Of a stretch of DNA of 64,000 nucleotides, positions 1-16,973 are shown piece by piece (positions within the stretch are counted from its first letter, which is position 1; each line of letters starts with the position of its first letter). Below the pieces are notes generated by a model. It was not told where the DNA came from, did not search any database, and saw nothing but the letters and a program-made list of their open reading frames with translations. The position numbers were made by a program, and so were the translations under genes. Source of the stretch: Paraspadella gotoi (Eukaryota; Animalia; Chaetognatha); NCBI GenBank assembly GCA_051294375.1, contig CM119269.1:20254814-20318813 (forward strand). The letters are read 5' to 3'.

Positions 1-3000
1 TACCGCGTCCAGAGTGTAACCATGTATAATTCTGTTGTAATCAGCGACATGTTTATTACTATTATAATTCTTTGTTTTAAGTAGGAAACCAAGGCCTCTG
101 AGGTCAACTGTTACAAGCCGTAAACATAATAGTTTACAGCCAAATTTTTCTTTCCTGTGATAAACGTCCGGTGTAGACGTAGTTTAGATTTTTTTTTTTT
201 TTTCGTTTTCGCTGTTTAACAACCATTGTGTAATTTGCACTGAGTAGTAAGCTTTGTGTACTGATCGTCGTTCAGTCCGCAAAATATTTTGACTGTTTCG
301 AACGAGAGTAGACACTTTCCAAAAAAAAACATCGATAATCAGTATTTCTGTTGTTTAAAAATTCGTCTGAGACTAGAAAAACTCTGTTTTACTTTAAATC
401 GGAAATATTATCGGTAGAATTTTGTAAAAAATACCGTAAAATCGAGTAGTTTTACTAATTAAATCTTTATGTTACAAAATCGTTACAGTCACAAACTCAC
501 GACTAAAAAAAAAACAAAAACCAAAATAAAATCGAAAAAATAACTAAAATCTGTTCATAAAATGAGCCAACATTTTTTCAACGAAACAATACTGTATTTA
601 CACCATCGTTCCTTTATTTCGATTACTTTTCTGCCAAACTTATCAAACCCACTTTACTACCAAAAACAAAACACAAAAACTCAAAACTCAGTCTGCTCTC
701 TGTTTTTTTTTTTCTCTTCTGTTTTCTCTTTTCCGAAACTCGAGTCCGATTCAAAATAATCACAAAGTCATTTTTTTCACCATCAACAATGTTTTTTTTT
801 CCTTGCGTCCGTGACACGTTTTCTCGTGTCTGTCACAATCTACATTCGTTCACACTGTTATTTATTTTCTACTCCGTTGTTCCTTCCTGTCTACAAGTGA
901 TTCCGAAACTAAAACAAACAAACAAACAAAAACGCAAAAGACCATCGTTACTTATTCTGTTTTTTTTTTTTCATTTAAAGCCTTTTTTCTTTTTCTGTAA
1001 ATATAAACAAAAAAGAGAAAATTTTGAATATACTCTGTTTGAAATTAAAATAATTTGTACTGTTTAAAAATGAAAACATATTGAAAATTAAATCTATGCA
1101 GAAGCGTTTAAAGCTTTCATCATGAAATGTATAATTGTGAAACTTTTTAATTTGTCTTTACGATTGGTTATTTAAATTTGGTTTAACATTTTTTACCGTT
1201 GAATCTTCGTTTTAAAGTTTTATACTTAAAATATCCAAACCTTGTCCTGTCAAGAAAAACAAAAATATATAAACTTATTAAACTTACTCCGCTTTTAAAT
1301 TTTTTTTTAAATTACAGTTCCGTGCAATAGAGAAATTGTAAATCCGTATCTGTACTACCCTGTTGGATTGGAAATAAAATGAATGGTCTGACAAAAATCC
1401 GTGTCCCTCTCTTTGTTCCTCAATTATTATTATAAACACAAAGTTTTGGGAGCATCGCAATTATGTAGAAGAGCGAATAGAAAAACCGGGGCAACACATT
1501 CACAATAGAACCCGCGTGACCATATAAAATCTAAATGAGTCTAGTTATTTGTCCTACAAACTAAAGTACTTCCTTCTTTTTTCGAAAACACTGAGCTTCT
1601 TTGATTAATTTTCATTTCACCAGGGTCATTTGAGGAAAATAGTAATAATGAAATTTAATAAAATTGTTGAATTATCAAATATTGTAAGACAGAAAATTTT
1701 TTTGAAAGACGTCACCGCGATGTACGGATCAGTGCAGCCCGGTGACCTTAGTGATCCAGGACATGTAGTAAGCGACGTTACTATAAATTCCCGGCCTGAA
1801 CCTCTGGGCGCATCCCATGCCCCAGGAAACCACGCCCACGACCGTCACGTGGTTATCTTTTATCGACACCAGAGGGCCGCCGCTGTCGCCCTGACACGTG
1901 TCAACCCCTCCGTTCATGGAGCCCGCGCAGAACATTCCTAGAGAGTAAATATGAATATTTAGGTATATTCACGTATTCCTTTTAAAGCTTTTGTTACTAT
2001 TCCACAAACTGTCGAAAAAAGGTCACAAACATGTGAACACTCTTTAAATAAAATAATATCCAATAGGTGTCGGAACTGTACGAGTTACGACCATCGCTAG
2101 AGTTCGAGTTCCTGAAGACAAATGATTAACATCCAATTCTTCAGAATGATATTATGATGAGTAATATTATGTTTCCTTTCAGAAAAAAAAAATGATTAGA
2201 GAATATTCCAAAAATGAAAAAAAAACAATTTTGCAATACTTTTGTTTAGTTTAGTTCAAAATTAAGACGTTAGTGCATTTTAGTTTGGTTTGAATCGCAA
2301 TTCTCCCTAGCTGTTTTAATGTCATTTGTGTACTCTGTCCAATTCCATAAAAATCAAATACAAATGACAAGAAGAAAACTATTAATTTGTACCTGGTTTG
2401 ATCAATCCGTGGTATTTGCTCACGCAGAGATCCTGGTCGACGACTGGTATGCCGACGGCTTTTAGTATTGTGCCGATTCACCGGGCTCTTTGTCGAAAAT
2501 TTCTTATTATGGAAATAAAATCATCTGTTATTATGATAAATTTATACCCTCACTCAATTCAAATTTAAATCAATCTGCCCTCCAACGTTTATTTTATTTA
2601 TATAATGGGTTCAGTCGAAAATATTATGTATTTATTTATTTTTGTCGGTTGACAGTTAATTGAATTATTATTTCAACTTTGCACAGCGGAATTTTAGGAC
2701 CCACTATCTTATCCGAGGATAAGGTTTCTCAGTCGCATCTTCTTCGTCCAATGTACCGCCCTTTAAAACCGATAGATGGCCAAGAAAAGCCCAAGATGAC
2801 TTATTATTCAAAAGAGTTTTCAAACGGCCGACGATATACCCATTTCCACATACCTCCAGAGAAGATAATGTGCCCAACAATAGACGCCGCACAATGTACA
2901 ATCAATAATTGAATATAATTGAATATTTGAAATAATCTTCACTTATCTTCACTTATCTTTTGGACACGAGAGTCACTTACTAAACCCTTAAACTTACTTT

Positions 3001-3346
3001 TCGGATTGATTTCACCCCATCCGGAGACAATGACGGGACTTCCGGCGTCGTAGAAGCTCGTATCGGTAGGGTCCGGCAGGCATGCCGGTTGGACGTTCGG
3101 TGTCCAACTTAGAGGCGTCTTCAGGCGCAGCAGAGCAATGTCGTTTTCGTTCGAGTCCTTGAACAAAGAGTTTACTGAGATCAGTTTTTAGCGTGCTCTT
3201 AAAGAAATTGTCGGATGTTTTCATTTTTATGATACATGTGTCTCCCTACTCTCTATGTCGTGGTCTTCCGCAATATTATATTATTTTATTTTATTCACTT
3301 TTATTAACCTCGTTGTAATCAGGATGCAGAATAAAGTCTGCGATTT
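1..3346. repeat. Segment duplicated at 9360-12699 (copy A, ends at N-gap)
   Basis: Starts TACCGCGTCCAGAGTGTAAC as at 9360 and is collinear to ...GTCTGCGATTT (12699); differences are mostly homopolymer-length indels. Confidence 0.95.
1729..3346 (-). CDS. Trypsin-like serine protease 1, partial duplicate copy (3' exons only, cut by gap)
   Basis: Exons encode NDIALLRL (catalytic Asp), PACLP, SGWG and [10 protein letters not shown] (catalytic Ser); essentially identical to 11074-12699. Confidence 0.85.
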
Positions 3347-3447
3347 NNNNNNNNNNNNNNNNNNNNNNNNNAATTTAATTAAAAGCACAACTCCCTAAGG
3401 ATTAGTTTAGGAAATACGATTTTGCTCAGCTGCAGCATCGAAATACA

Positions 3448-6400
3448 ATGTGCTTCTTTTTTTTTGACGACTATCTCTTCATCTACTCTTCTACTTCTCA
3501 CACCTTCCCCCCTCCACCAGAGTCGATCAACAACCTCCGTAAAAAGGGTCGATTCTGCGACGTCACAATCTCCATCGGCGACAACAGATTCCGCGCCCAC
3601 AAGGTCATCCTCGCCTCCTCGTCCGAGTTCTTTCGCCAGCCTCTTCGAAAAGGACCGCGAATCGGCCGAGACGCTGGTCGGTGTCTTCTCGCTATTTTTT
3701 GTAGTGCTAATTGTCGTTCTTGTTATTGTTCTAGATTTTGTTTTGTCTTAAAGGATGCGGTGGTTTTTTGTAGGAGCTGTAGTTGTGTTGTTGTTTTGTT
3801 CCTTTGAAGTTAAAACACTTTTAGATCTTTTAATTATTGTCTTTCAGCCATTAAGTGATAGTACCACATCATTTTCAACTGTTTTATTTTTTTAATTTTT
3901 TCTCGTCTGAAATCTTTTCCTCCAGATTCATCTTGACGATCCCGTCAAAGCGAATGGATTCGAACCGATCCTCGATTTCTTTTACACGTCCGTCTTGACG
4001 GTTGAGGTAGGCGAATTCATAAATCGTTTAAATTTATTAAACCGTTAAATATATTACATTTAATCTCTCATCAATCCATCAGTCTTCTGCGTTGTTGGAC
4101 GTACTCTCCGTCGCCTCCTTTCTCCAGCTCCATCAAATCGTTCACAAATGTTGCGACTTCATGAAAGATTTGCACAAAGTCGCCGCTGCATCGTCGGCGG
4201 CCGCCGCCGCAGCAGCCGCCGCGGCGCAGGTAAGCCTCCGAAAAATGACGCGGAAGAGAATACAGCAGCATTTTAATCACAAACATTGGTCACTTCAGTC
4301 TCCGAATTTTCCCTCTCGACCTCCGCCGACGCAACTGGGCCTGATGCCACCGTGCCGCACCCTAAGTCGGCAGGGCCGCCTCCGCATCCGTTGCCGGTAC
4401 CGCCGCCTCCGCCACCGTCGCAATCGCCGCAGTATTCCGGCGGCGGCGGAGCGGCGTCGTCGTCCTCGGCGACCGGGCCTATTCACGTCCGCGGCGCCGC
4501 GGTGGGCGTGTCACCGGAAGTGGCGTCGTTTCACTCGTCGCAGAGGGCGCTGTTGTTCGAATCGATGAGGCTGGGGTTGGCGATGGCTGCGTCAACGGGT
4601 AAGGTTTCGGATTGTTATGAACTTATGAGGGTCAGGGGGAAATTTCCTATTTTTGTTATTCTTACTAAATCCTAACCTAATCTCTCAGCGCCGGCGACGA
4701 CTCTCGTCAGCCAAGACAGCGCACCCTATCACCACGCCCCTTACCGGCGCCCTTCCCCATGCTCCTTCCCTCCCGGCGTCGACCGGAAGAGACGCTGCGG
4801 CGTCGATGAAGCGTCAATGACGCCACGTGACGTCGCCGACGCAGCCGAGCCGCGCGATGCCATGAGAGCGCCGAGAGACAAACCGGCGTCGCGCGATTCG
4901 TCCCTTGAATCTCGAGACGCTTCGGGCAGAGAATCTTTCGTTCGAGAGCAGCAGCAAAAGCAACATCGGTTGCTGCAGCAGCAACATAATTTTCCGCAGG
5001 AAGAGTCCCTTGATTTGTCGCAGGTAACTTTTTAAAATTTATTTCTGCCGATTTTTTTATATAATTTTTTTTTGGGGGGGAGGAAATTAATAATATTTTC
5101 CAAAGGCTTATATTAAAAGTGTTCGAAAATCAAAGAACTGAAATGGGGAACCCTGACACAAATTTCTTGCTTATAATTCTTTAGCAATTAATACTTTAAG
5201 GTCCCTTTACCGTTCGTGACCCTTGGAATTTTTACGAGTCAATTAGTTTGAATAAAATAATAATATGATTCAATTATTATAATCTTATAATTCAATGATT
5301 TTAAAATTTCAGTCCGGTCGCCCTTTCATCAAGCGAGAGTCTTCGTCGACCCTGGAGGAGGCGGTTTCCACAACCGGCGGTCGCCGCCAAGAAATCCCAG
5401 CGGTGGGCGGCGGCGGCGGGAGCGGCGTAGGTGGAGAGCGACGACACTGCCCCCCGGCGGCGTCTCAGCCCGCAGCCCTACGAGGGTGGCGGAGGCGGCC
5501 CGTGGGCGAGGGAGGAAGAGACCGGAGGAAGAGGAGGTGGTTGAGGATGAGGAGGAAGTGACGGAGGAGGGAGGAAGGAAAGAGTCAAGGTTAGTGAAAG
5601 CGAAAATTTCGAAAGAAAGGGGACGAAAAGAAGAAAGAAAACGAAAAAAAAGGAAACGAGGCAAAGAAAGACAAAGTTATGAGTGGAATCGCGAAAAGGA
5701 AATTATTGTTCAAAGGAGTGCTAGTCTAAAAATTTCATCCGTTTACAGATGTTAAATTCTTAAATTATAAAATTTTGCGAATGCTAGTCTTAAAATTCCA
5801 TCCGTTTACGGTTGTTAAATTCTTATATTCTAATTATCTCCCCTCCTTATTCTCCATTTTCAGAGAGGATTCTCTCCAATTCACCCCAAGCGACGACGCA
5901 GCGTCTCGCCCTCCGTGGAGACAATCGACCCTTCTGACCGCCGCGCCTCCACCCCGGGCGCGCCACAGCCCTTTCCCCGTCCCCTGGCCACGCCCCCTCA
6001 GCAGAACCTCTCCGCCCCGCGCGGCACGCCGCCCCAAAGACCTCAGGACTTTCAACAACAACAGCAGCAGCAACGGGAACTTCAGCAACTTCAACAGCAA
6101 CATCAAAGAACCTCAACCGGAACGACCTCTAGTCAGCGACCCAACTGTGGATAGCAGGGCGCCTTTGTCCATAGCAGGTTGGGATTCTTGTTGTTCTATC
6201 TTTGTCACTCTGTCTCTGTCTCTCTCTTTCTCTTTTTGTCACTTTGTATCTCTCTCTTTGTTTCTCTCCTCTGTCTGTCTCTTTCTCTCTCTCTCTGACT
6301 CTCTCTCTGTCTCTCTCTCTCTCTCTCTCTTTCAAATATATCTTTCTCTTCTTATTTTCTCTCATTACCTTATTCTAACATTGTTGCCATTTTCCCTTCC

Positions 6401-6683
6401 TTTTTTTATTTCCCCTTCCCCCCCCCAGAATTCGATCGCCTCCTCCCCTCCCACTTTCACCCTTCCCGCTCCAAATCCTCCGCCTCCCTCGCCATCGTCC
6501 CTCTTCACTCCCGCCTCGCCCTGGCGCCGTCCGGGCTCGATCTTGCGGCGCCGCCATCTCTCGCGGCGCCGCCCGTCGATGCCGCTCGGAATGGCACTCC
6601 TCCGCCGAGTCCGAGGGGCGAGCCGGCGACGCCGAGAAGACCGGAGGGAGCAGAGGGCAGCCGGAAGCCGGACAGGTAGATGA

Positions 6684-6751
<68 letters not shown>

Positions 6752-8429
6752 GAGAAGGAAAGAAAGAAAGAAAGAAAGAAACTAATTCAAAAAAATATTC
6801 CATGATATAAACACTGAAAATACCCAGCTAAAAACTGAAGAATATTTCTTTTCTTAAAAAAAAAAACACTATCGAGTAATAATAAATAATCTTAATCAAC
6901 TACTGATAACTAATTAATTCTAATCAACCCCAGTACCGGCCAATTCGGCGCCTCTTACGACCCCGAACCGTCGACGTCTATGGAAGAAGATCGACAGAGA
7001 ATGCAAGCGATTAGACAGCAGCACAGCCTTCAGCAGCAGCAGCACCAACAGCACCAGCAGAACCTTCGGGCCATTGAGTTACAAGCAGTTTTCAACCGAT
7101 CAGGCTGGACGAAGATGGAAACGAGCAAAAGTACGACGATGAATTAATGAATTGATTGGCTGGTTTTACGGATGTTATAGATTCTCATTGACTGATTCGA
7201 ATGACGGCCCACGTTATCCTCACGTTATCATCCACGTTATCATTGATTGGTCATTTGTTTAATATATTTGCTTTCCTTCATCCGAAAACCAGCCGCGCCG
7301 ACGACGCCCCCTCTCGCTCCTCCTCCCGCGCCGACGACGACTCCGTCCACGCCCCACGGATCACGTGACCGCCTCCGACCGCGACGCAGTGACCGCCTCC
7401 GTCGGCTGCTCCACGGCCGCCACTACGTCGTCCACGTCGTCGTCCTCGACGTCGTCGTCGTCGTCTCTGCTCGATGCTCTCTTCGCCCAGCGAAGCGCCG
7501 GGGTCGACGTCCGAGTTCACAGGTGGGAGAGGGAAGAGTTCCCAGATGGGAGAGGGAGGAGTAGGGGTTCAGAGGACGTGGATAAGGGGGTTGAAAGGTG
7601 AACGGGGGGAGAGGGAAGAGGGAAAGGAAGATGGAGGAAGAAGTCGGGGAAGACTGATAGAAAGAGGGAAATGAGGACGAGCTCATCAGAATTAAAAAAA
7701 GACTTTAAACTAATCACTCCTTTTCGTAAATTGTCCAAGTGCAGCCCTTCAAAAAATGAGGCCCTCAATACAATTGCGGTATTAAAGTGCAATTGCTTTT
7801 AATTTTCCCGTTTCTAGGAAGCGGCGCTCAGTTGCGGTTCCATTCGTTGGTTCGTAACGCTGCGGAAAAGGCGGACATTTGGAGTTCGGGAATTCGAGTG
7901 CGCGACATCACCACGGATCAGGTTGGTTCAGAAAGAAGCATCTCAATCAAATTTAGATTCTCTTTGGTGCAAAATACAGAGATTGATTGTCATTGATGCT
8001 ATTAAAATATCTATGAGTTTGGCAATAGTATTTAATCATAGTCCTGACTTCTAAGGCTTTTCGAGTTACTTTTTAATTCGAGTACTTCAACAGTCAGTCT
8101 TTCCATGTATTCTTTGATCGCTTCTTTTTTTTATTTCCATCTTTATTAAAATTAAAATGAAAGAAAAGATTCCGTCCCTCTTATCAATAATTTTACTTCT
8201 CATTTTCGACTCACAACCAATTCTCCTATCACCATCACCGCCCCCCCCCCTCCGAACTCAACAGGCCGGCGTTTTCTTCGAAGAGATTTTCGTCAAGGCT
8301 CCGGATCTTCGTCCGTTCAAGGAGCAGGTCTGGAAGAAACTCTGTTCCAAACTCAAGGGAAGGCGTCAGTACTTGAATCAGCTCAGCCGGCGAAAGCAAA
8401 GCGCCGGACAACCGGATCAGCCGAGTTGA
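3448..8429 (+). CDS. BTB/POZ-domain protein with low-complexity Q/P/A/S linker and basic helical C-terminal domain; multi-exon, start uncertain
   Basis: Exons ~3448-3676 (LRKKGRFCDVTISIGDNRFRAHKVILASSSEFF, then 1-nt indel), 3926-4006 (GFEPILDFFYTSVL) and 4083-4229 (VLSVASFLQLHQIVHKCCDF) form a ZBTB-type BTB; GT-AG borders; last exons 7819-7921 and 8265-8429 end in TGA. Middle exons only approximately resolved. Confidence 0.85.
6682..6780. repeat. (GAAA)n microsatellite
   Basis: Direct reading. Confidence 0.95.
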
Positions 8430-9359
8430 AGGCTCCAGACATCCGGAAAGTTAATCGGCGGATGAGAGGATGATAAGAGTTATTCGGAGACAGCAAAGGA
8501 TTTTCAGCAGAATGTAAATTAAATAAAAGAGTAAATTTATTTTTTTTTTTTTTTTTTTTTTGTGAACCTGATGCGTTTTTAGGTCCTTTCCTTTCCTAAA
8601 TCTTTGCTCGTAGCTCGTCGAATTTTTATCGCCTCACCTTTCTAACTAGTTTAAAATAGTAACAAAAAACAAAAAAAAAGAAAAACAAAAGAATAAAACG
8701 CTAACAAGCAGATAACTCCGACGCCGTTTTTTTGTTAATTTACTAATCCCGAACGTTTCTCTTTGTCCAAAGGAGTCGAGAGCGTCTCAGTAAATTACGT
8801 ATTTGTTACCTCCGATCAGTGCTAAAGTTTTTTCCTCCAGACCAAGACTCTTCGTCCTCACTTTTCCCTCTACCTTATTTTCTCCAATGAATCTGTTATG
8901 GTAAATGAAAAAAAAACAAACTGTAGTTTGTAGGAAGCGAATTGTTAACTGAATCTCGGTTTATGGCCGGAGCGAACGACAACAAAAACTGAAAGGAAGG
9001 ACCGATTATTTTAAGAAAAAGGTGCAGCTAATTTAAAAATATCCAAAAATCATTTAGTGGTGCCCCTAATGCAACATACCTAGGGGTGACCAAGGGTGAA
9101 TAGATTTCTGACCGTGAGAGCGGCGCTCCTAAAGCTAATCCCTTTTGGGAATTTGGATTTTTTTTTAGATTTCAGTCGTAACTTTCTTGCGATTATTTTT
9201 TTTGTCAGTTCGCTACTGCAAGGTGATTGATTGTATTGACTACCATGTACCCTGATTTTAAAATCGTCTAAACCGCTTCATAGCGATAGAAGTTTTATCT
9301 CTGTTATTATTTTCAAAAATTTTTACCTAAACCACTAAATGTACAATAAACGGAATTTT

Positions 9360-12300
9360 TACCGCGTCCAGAGTGTAACCATGTATAATTCTGTTGTAAT
9401 CAGCGACATGTTTATTACTATTATAATTCTTGTTTTAAGTAGGAACCAAGGCCTCTGAGGTCAACTGTTACAAGCCGTAAACATAATAGTTTACAGCCAA
9501 ATTTTTCTTTCCTGTGATAAACGTCCGGTGTAGACGTAGTTTAGATTTTTTTTTTTTTTCGTTTTTCGCTGTTTAACAACCATTGTGTAATTTGCACTGA
9601 GTAGTAAGCTTTGTGTACTGATCGTCGTTCAGTCCGCAAAATATTTGACTGTTTCGAACGAGAGTAGACACTTTCCAAAAAAAAACATCGATAATCAGTA
9701 TTTCTGTTGTTTAAAATTCGTCTGAGACTAGAAAAACTCTGTTTTACTTTAAATCGGAAATATTATCGGTAGAATTTTGTAAAAAATACCGTAAAATCGA
9801 GTAGTTTTACTAATTAAATCTTTATGTTACAAAATCGTTACAGTCACAAACTCACGACTAAAAAAAAAAAAAACCAAAATAAAATCGAAAAAATAACTAA
9901 AATCTGTTCATAAAATGAGCCAACATTTTTTCAACGAAACAATACTTATTTACACATCGTTCCTTTATTTCGATTACTTTTCTGCCAAACTTATCAAACC
10001 CACTTTACTACCAAAAACAAAACACAAAAACTCAAAACTCAGTCTGCTCTCTGTTTTTTTTTCTCTTCTGTTTTCTCTTTTCCGAAACTCGAGTCCGATT
10101 CAAAATAATCACAAAGTCATTTTTTTCACCATCAACAATGTTTTTTTTTCCTTGCGTCCGTGACACGTTTTCTCGTGTCTGTCACAATCTACATTCGTTC
10201 ACACTGTTATTTATTTTCTACTCCGTTGTTCCTTCCTGTCTACAAGTGATTCCGAAACTAAAACAAACAAACAAACAAAAACGCAAAAGACCATCGTTAC
10301 TTATTCTGTTTTTTTTTTTCATTTAAAGCCTTTTTCTTTTTCTGTAAATATAAACAAAAAAGAGAAATTTTGAATATACTCTGTTTGAAATTAAAATAAT
10401 TTGTACTGTTTAAAAATGAAAACATATTGAAAATTAAATCTATGCAGAAGCGTTTAAAGCTTTCATCATGAAATGTATAATTGTGAAACTTTTTAATTTG
10501 TCTTTACGATGGTTATTTAAATTTGGTTTAACATTTTTTACCGTTGAATCTTCGTTTTAAAGTTTTATACTTAAAATATCCAAACCTTGTCCTGTCAAGA
10601 AAAACAAAAATATATAAACTTATTAAACTTACTCCGCTTTTAAATTTTTTTTTAAATTACAGTTCCGTGCAATAGAGAAATTGTAAATCCGTATCTGTAC
10701 TACCCTGTTGGATTGGAAATAAAATGAATGGTCTGACAAAAATCCGTGTCCCTCTCTTTGTTCCTCAATTATTATTATAAACACAAAGTTTTGGGAGCAT
10801 CGCAATTATGTAGAAGAGCGAATAGAAAAACCGGGGCAACACATTCACAATAGAACCCGCGTGACCATATAAAATCTAAATGAGTCTAGTTATTTGTCCT
10901 ACAAACTAAAGTACTTCCTTCTTTTTCGAAAACACTGAGCTTCTTTGATTAATTTTCATTTCACCAGGGTCATTTGAGGAAAATAGTAATAATGAAATTT
11001 AATAAAATTGTTGAATTATCAAATATTGTAAGACAGAAAATTTTTTTTGAAAGACGTCACCGCGATGTACGGATCAGTGCAGCCCGGTGACCTTAGTGAT
11101 CCAGGACATGTAGTAAGCGACGTTACTATAAATTCCCGGCCTGAACCTCTGGGCGCATCCCATGCCCCAGGAAACCACGCCCACGACCGTCACGTGGTTA
11201 TCTTTTATCGACACCAGAGGGCCGCCGCTGTCGCCCTGACACGTGTCAACCCCTCCGTTCATGGAGCCCGCGCAGAACATTCCTAGAGAGTAAATATGAA
11301 TATTTAGGTATATTCACGTATTCCTTTAAAGCTTTTGTTACTATTCCACAAACTGTCGAAAAAAGGTCACAAACATGTGAACACTCTTTAAATAAAATAA
11401 TATCCAATAGGTGTCGGAACTGTACGAGTTACGACCATCGCTAGAGTTCGAGTTCCTGAAGACAAATGATTAACATCCAATTCTTCAAATGAATGAGTAT
11501 TATTGAGTGAGTAATATTATGTTTTCCCTTTCAGAAAAAAAAAAATGATTATGAGAATATTCCAAAAATGATAAAAAAAACAATTTTGCAATACTTTTGT
11601 TTAGTTTAGTTCAAAATTAAGACGTTAGTGCATTTTAGTTTGGTTTGAATCGCAATTCTCCCTAGCTGTTTTAATGTCATTTGTGTACTCTGTCCAATTC
11701 CATAAAAATGCAAATACAAATGACAAGAAGAAAACTATTAATTTGTACCTGGTTTGATCAATCCGTGGTATTTGCTCACGCAGAGATCCTGGTCGACGAC
11801 TGGTATGCCGACGGCTTTAGTATTGTGCCGATTCACCGGGCTCTTTGTCGAAAATTTCTTATTATGGAAATAAAATCATCTGTTATTATGATAAATTTAT
11901 ACCCTCACTCAATTCAAATTTAAATCAATCTGCCCTCCAACGTTTATTTTATTTATATAATGGGTTCAGTCGAAAATATTATGTATTTATTTATTTTTGT
12001 CGGTTGACAGTTAATTGAATTATTATTTCAACTTTGCACAGCGGATATTTTAGGACCCACTATCTTATCCGAGGATAAGGTTTCTCAGTCGCATCTTCTT
12101 CGTCCAATGTACCGCCCTTTAAAACCGATAGATGGCCAAGAAAAGCCCAAGATGACTTATTATTCAAAAGAGTTTTCAACGGCCGACGATATACCCATTT
12201 CACATACCTCCAGAGAAGATAATGTGCCCAACAATAGACGCCGCACAATGTACAATCAATAATTGAATATAATTGAATATTTGAAATAATCTTCACTTAT

Positions 12301-12699
12301 CTTCACTTATCTTTTGGACACGAGAGTCACTTACTAAACCCTTAAACTTACTTTTCGGATTGATTTCACCCCATCCGGAGACAATGACGGGACTTCCGGC
12401 GTCGTAGAAGCTCGTATCGGTAGGGTCCGGCAGGCATGCCGGTTGGACGTTCGGTGTCCAACTTAGAGGCGTCTTCAGGCGCAGCAGAGCAATGTCGTTT
12501 TCGTTCGAGTCCTTGAACAAAGAGTTTACTGAGATCAGTTTTAGCGTGCTCTTAAAGAAATTGTCGGATGTTTTCATTTTTATGATACATGTGTCTCCCT
12601 ACTCTCTATGTCGTGGTCTTCCGCAATATTATATTATTTTATTTTATTCACTTTTATTAACCTCGTTGTAATCAGGATGCAGAATAAAGTCTGCGATTT
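9360..12699. repeat. Segment duplicated at 1-3346 (copy B)
   Basis: Collinear near-identity with 1-3346. Confidence 0.95.
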
Positions 12700-13502
12700 C
12701 TCGGTGCTGTTCCGTTCCTTCCTCCCTCTCCAAGTCATGTTCTCCGGCGATGATGAAGAACTTGAAATATTCTGACCAAAGATAAATATTTTTAATAACT
12801 TTCATTCCATTTATACAAGAGAACCTGAAATAAAAAAAAATATTAATAATTTATTTATTTATCAATTAATTAAGCAAGTAATTAAATTCGAAGGTTCATT
12901 TTTTTTTCTTCATCAATCGAATTCATTTCATTTATTTTATTTAATCTTTTCGTTATTAATTCTTTTAATCAATTTCGCCCAACGGCATATTTGCGATCAC
13001 CACTTACTGATATCGAAAATGCAGTGAGCAGCAGTGAGAATCCAGTGAGAATTGATGATAGTTCCGCCACAGTTGTGAAGGTCACCCGACAACCGAGTCC
13101 GCCATTGGTAGCTGATCTGAAGGAGAGTGAAAGCTGTGAAGAATATTGAAGAATTACTATTTACACGCATATATATATATATATATCTATATACGTAAGA
13201 CTAAGAGAACATAAATTAACATAAAAGCGGGCTTTTCCGTGATTTATTTTCAAATATAATTTTGAATCATAATGGATAATTTAATAAGCTTTGGCTATGA
13301 ATAGAATATTTTAAATGACAATCCGTTCTACCATTTTTACCTGCCAGGGGTAAGCCCCTTTCGTCGCTTCCTCCCCACCGACGATCCAATGTTTCGATCC
13401 GAAGAGATCCTGTTGTTTGAATCTCTTTCCGCAGGAGGCCGCGAGAGTCGACGTCGAGTACGACAAAAGGGCAAAGAGCGCGAAACAGACGTTGCTAAGC
13501 AT
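11074..13502 (-). CDS. Secreted trypsin-like (S1A) serine protease 1; 6 exons, apparent frameshift in exon 5
   Basis: Exons 13341-13502 (signal peptide, [15 protein letters not shown]), 13008-13116 (CGGTII..LTAAHC), 12662-12771 (AGEHD..HPDYN), 12352-12511 (NDIAL), 11749-11857, 11074-11282 ([10 protein letters not shown]; Asp at S1 indicates trypsin specificity). Confidence 0.92.
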
Positions 13503-13853
13503 TTCGTCTTTCGCAATCGGTAATATATATGGAGAAAAAAAATATATATTGACAAATCTTCGTTAAATGTTAATAAAATTTACAACAATTAAATTCACAA
13601 TACGTAAATGATGAGTCCGTAATAATGAAGAGTAATGAAGATTCTAACTTTGCATGTCCATCTTTGATCTCTTTAAAAAAAAAAAACCGCTGCTGACAGA
13701 GAAACCGATTGACAAATGATTTGACCTATAGACGAAAATATAGAATGACGAACGAACAGATATTTTCAAAATCGCCCTAATTTGCAAACAACAACTTTCG
13801 TTCAAAGATTAAACCTTCACTGCATCACACATTATCTGTTCCCCATCTCTCCT

Positions 13854-16973
<3,120 letters not shown>

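Noticed and set aside
2465-2490. Selenocysteine TGA in protease 1 via an alternative acceptor
   Set aside because: Paralog alignment supports the other frame with a 1-nt deletion.
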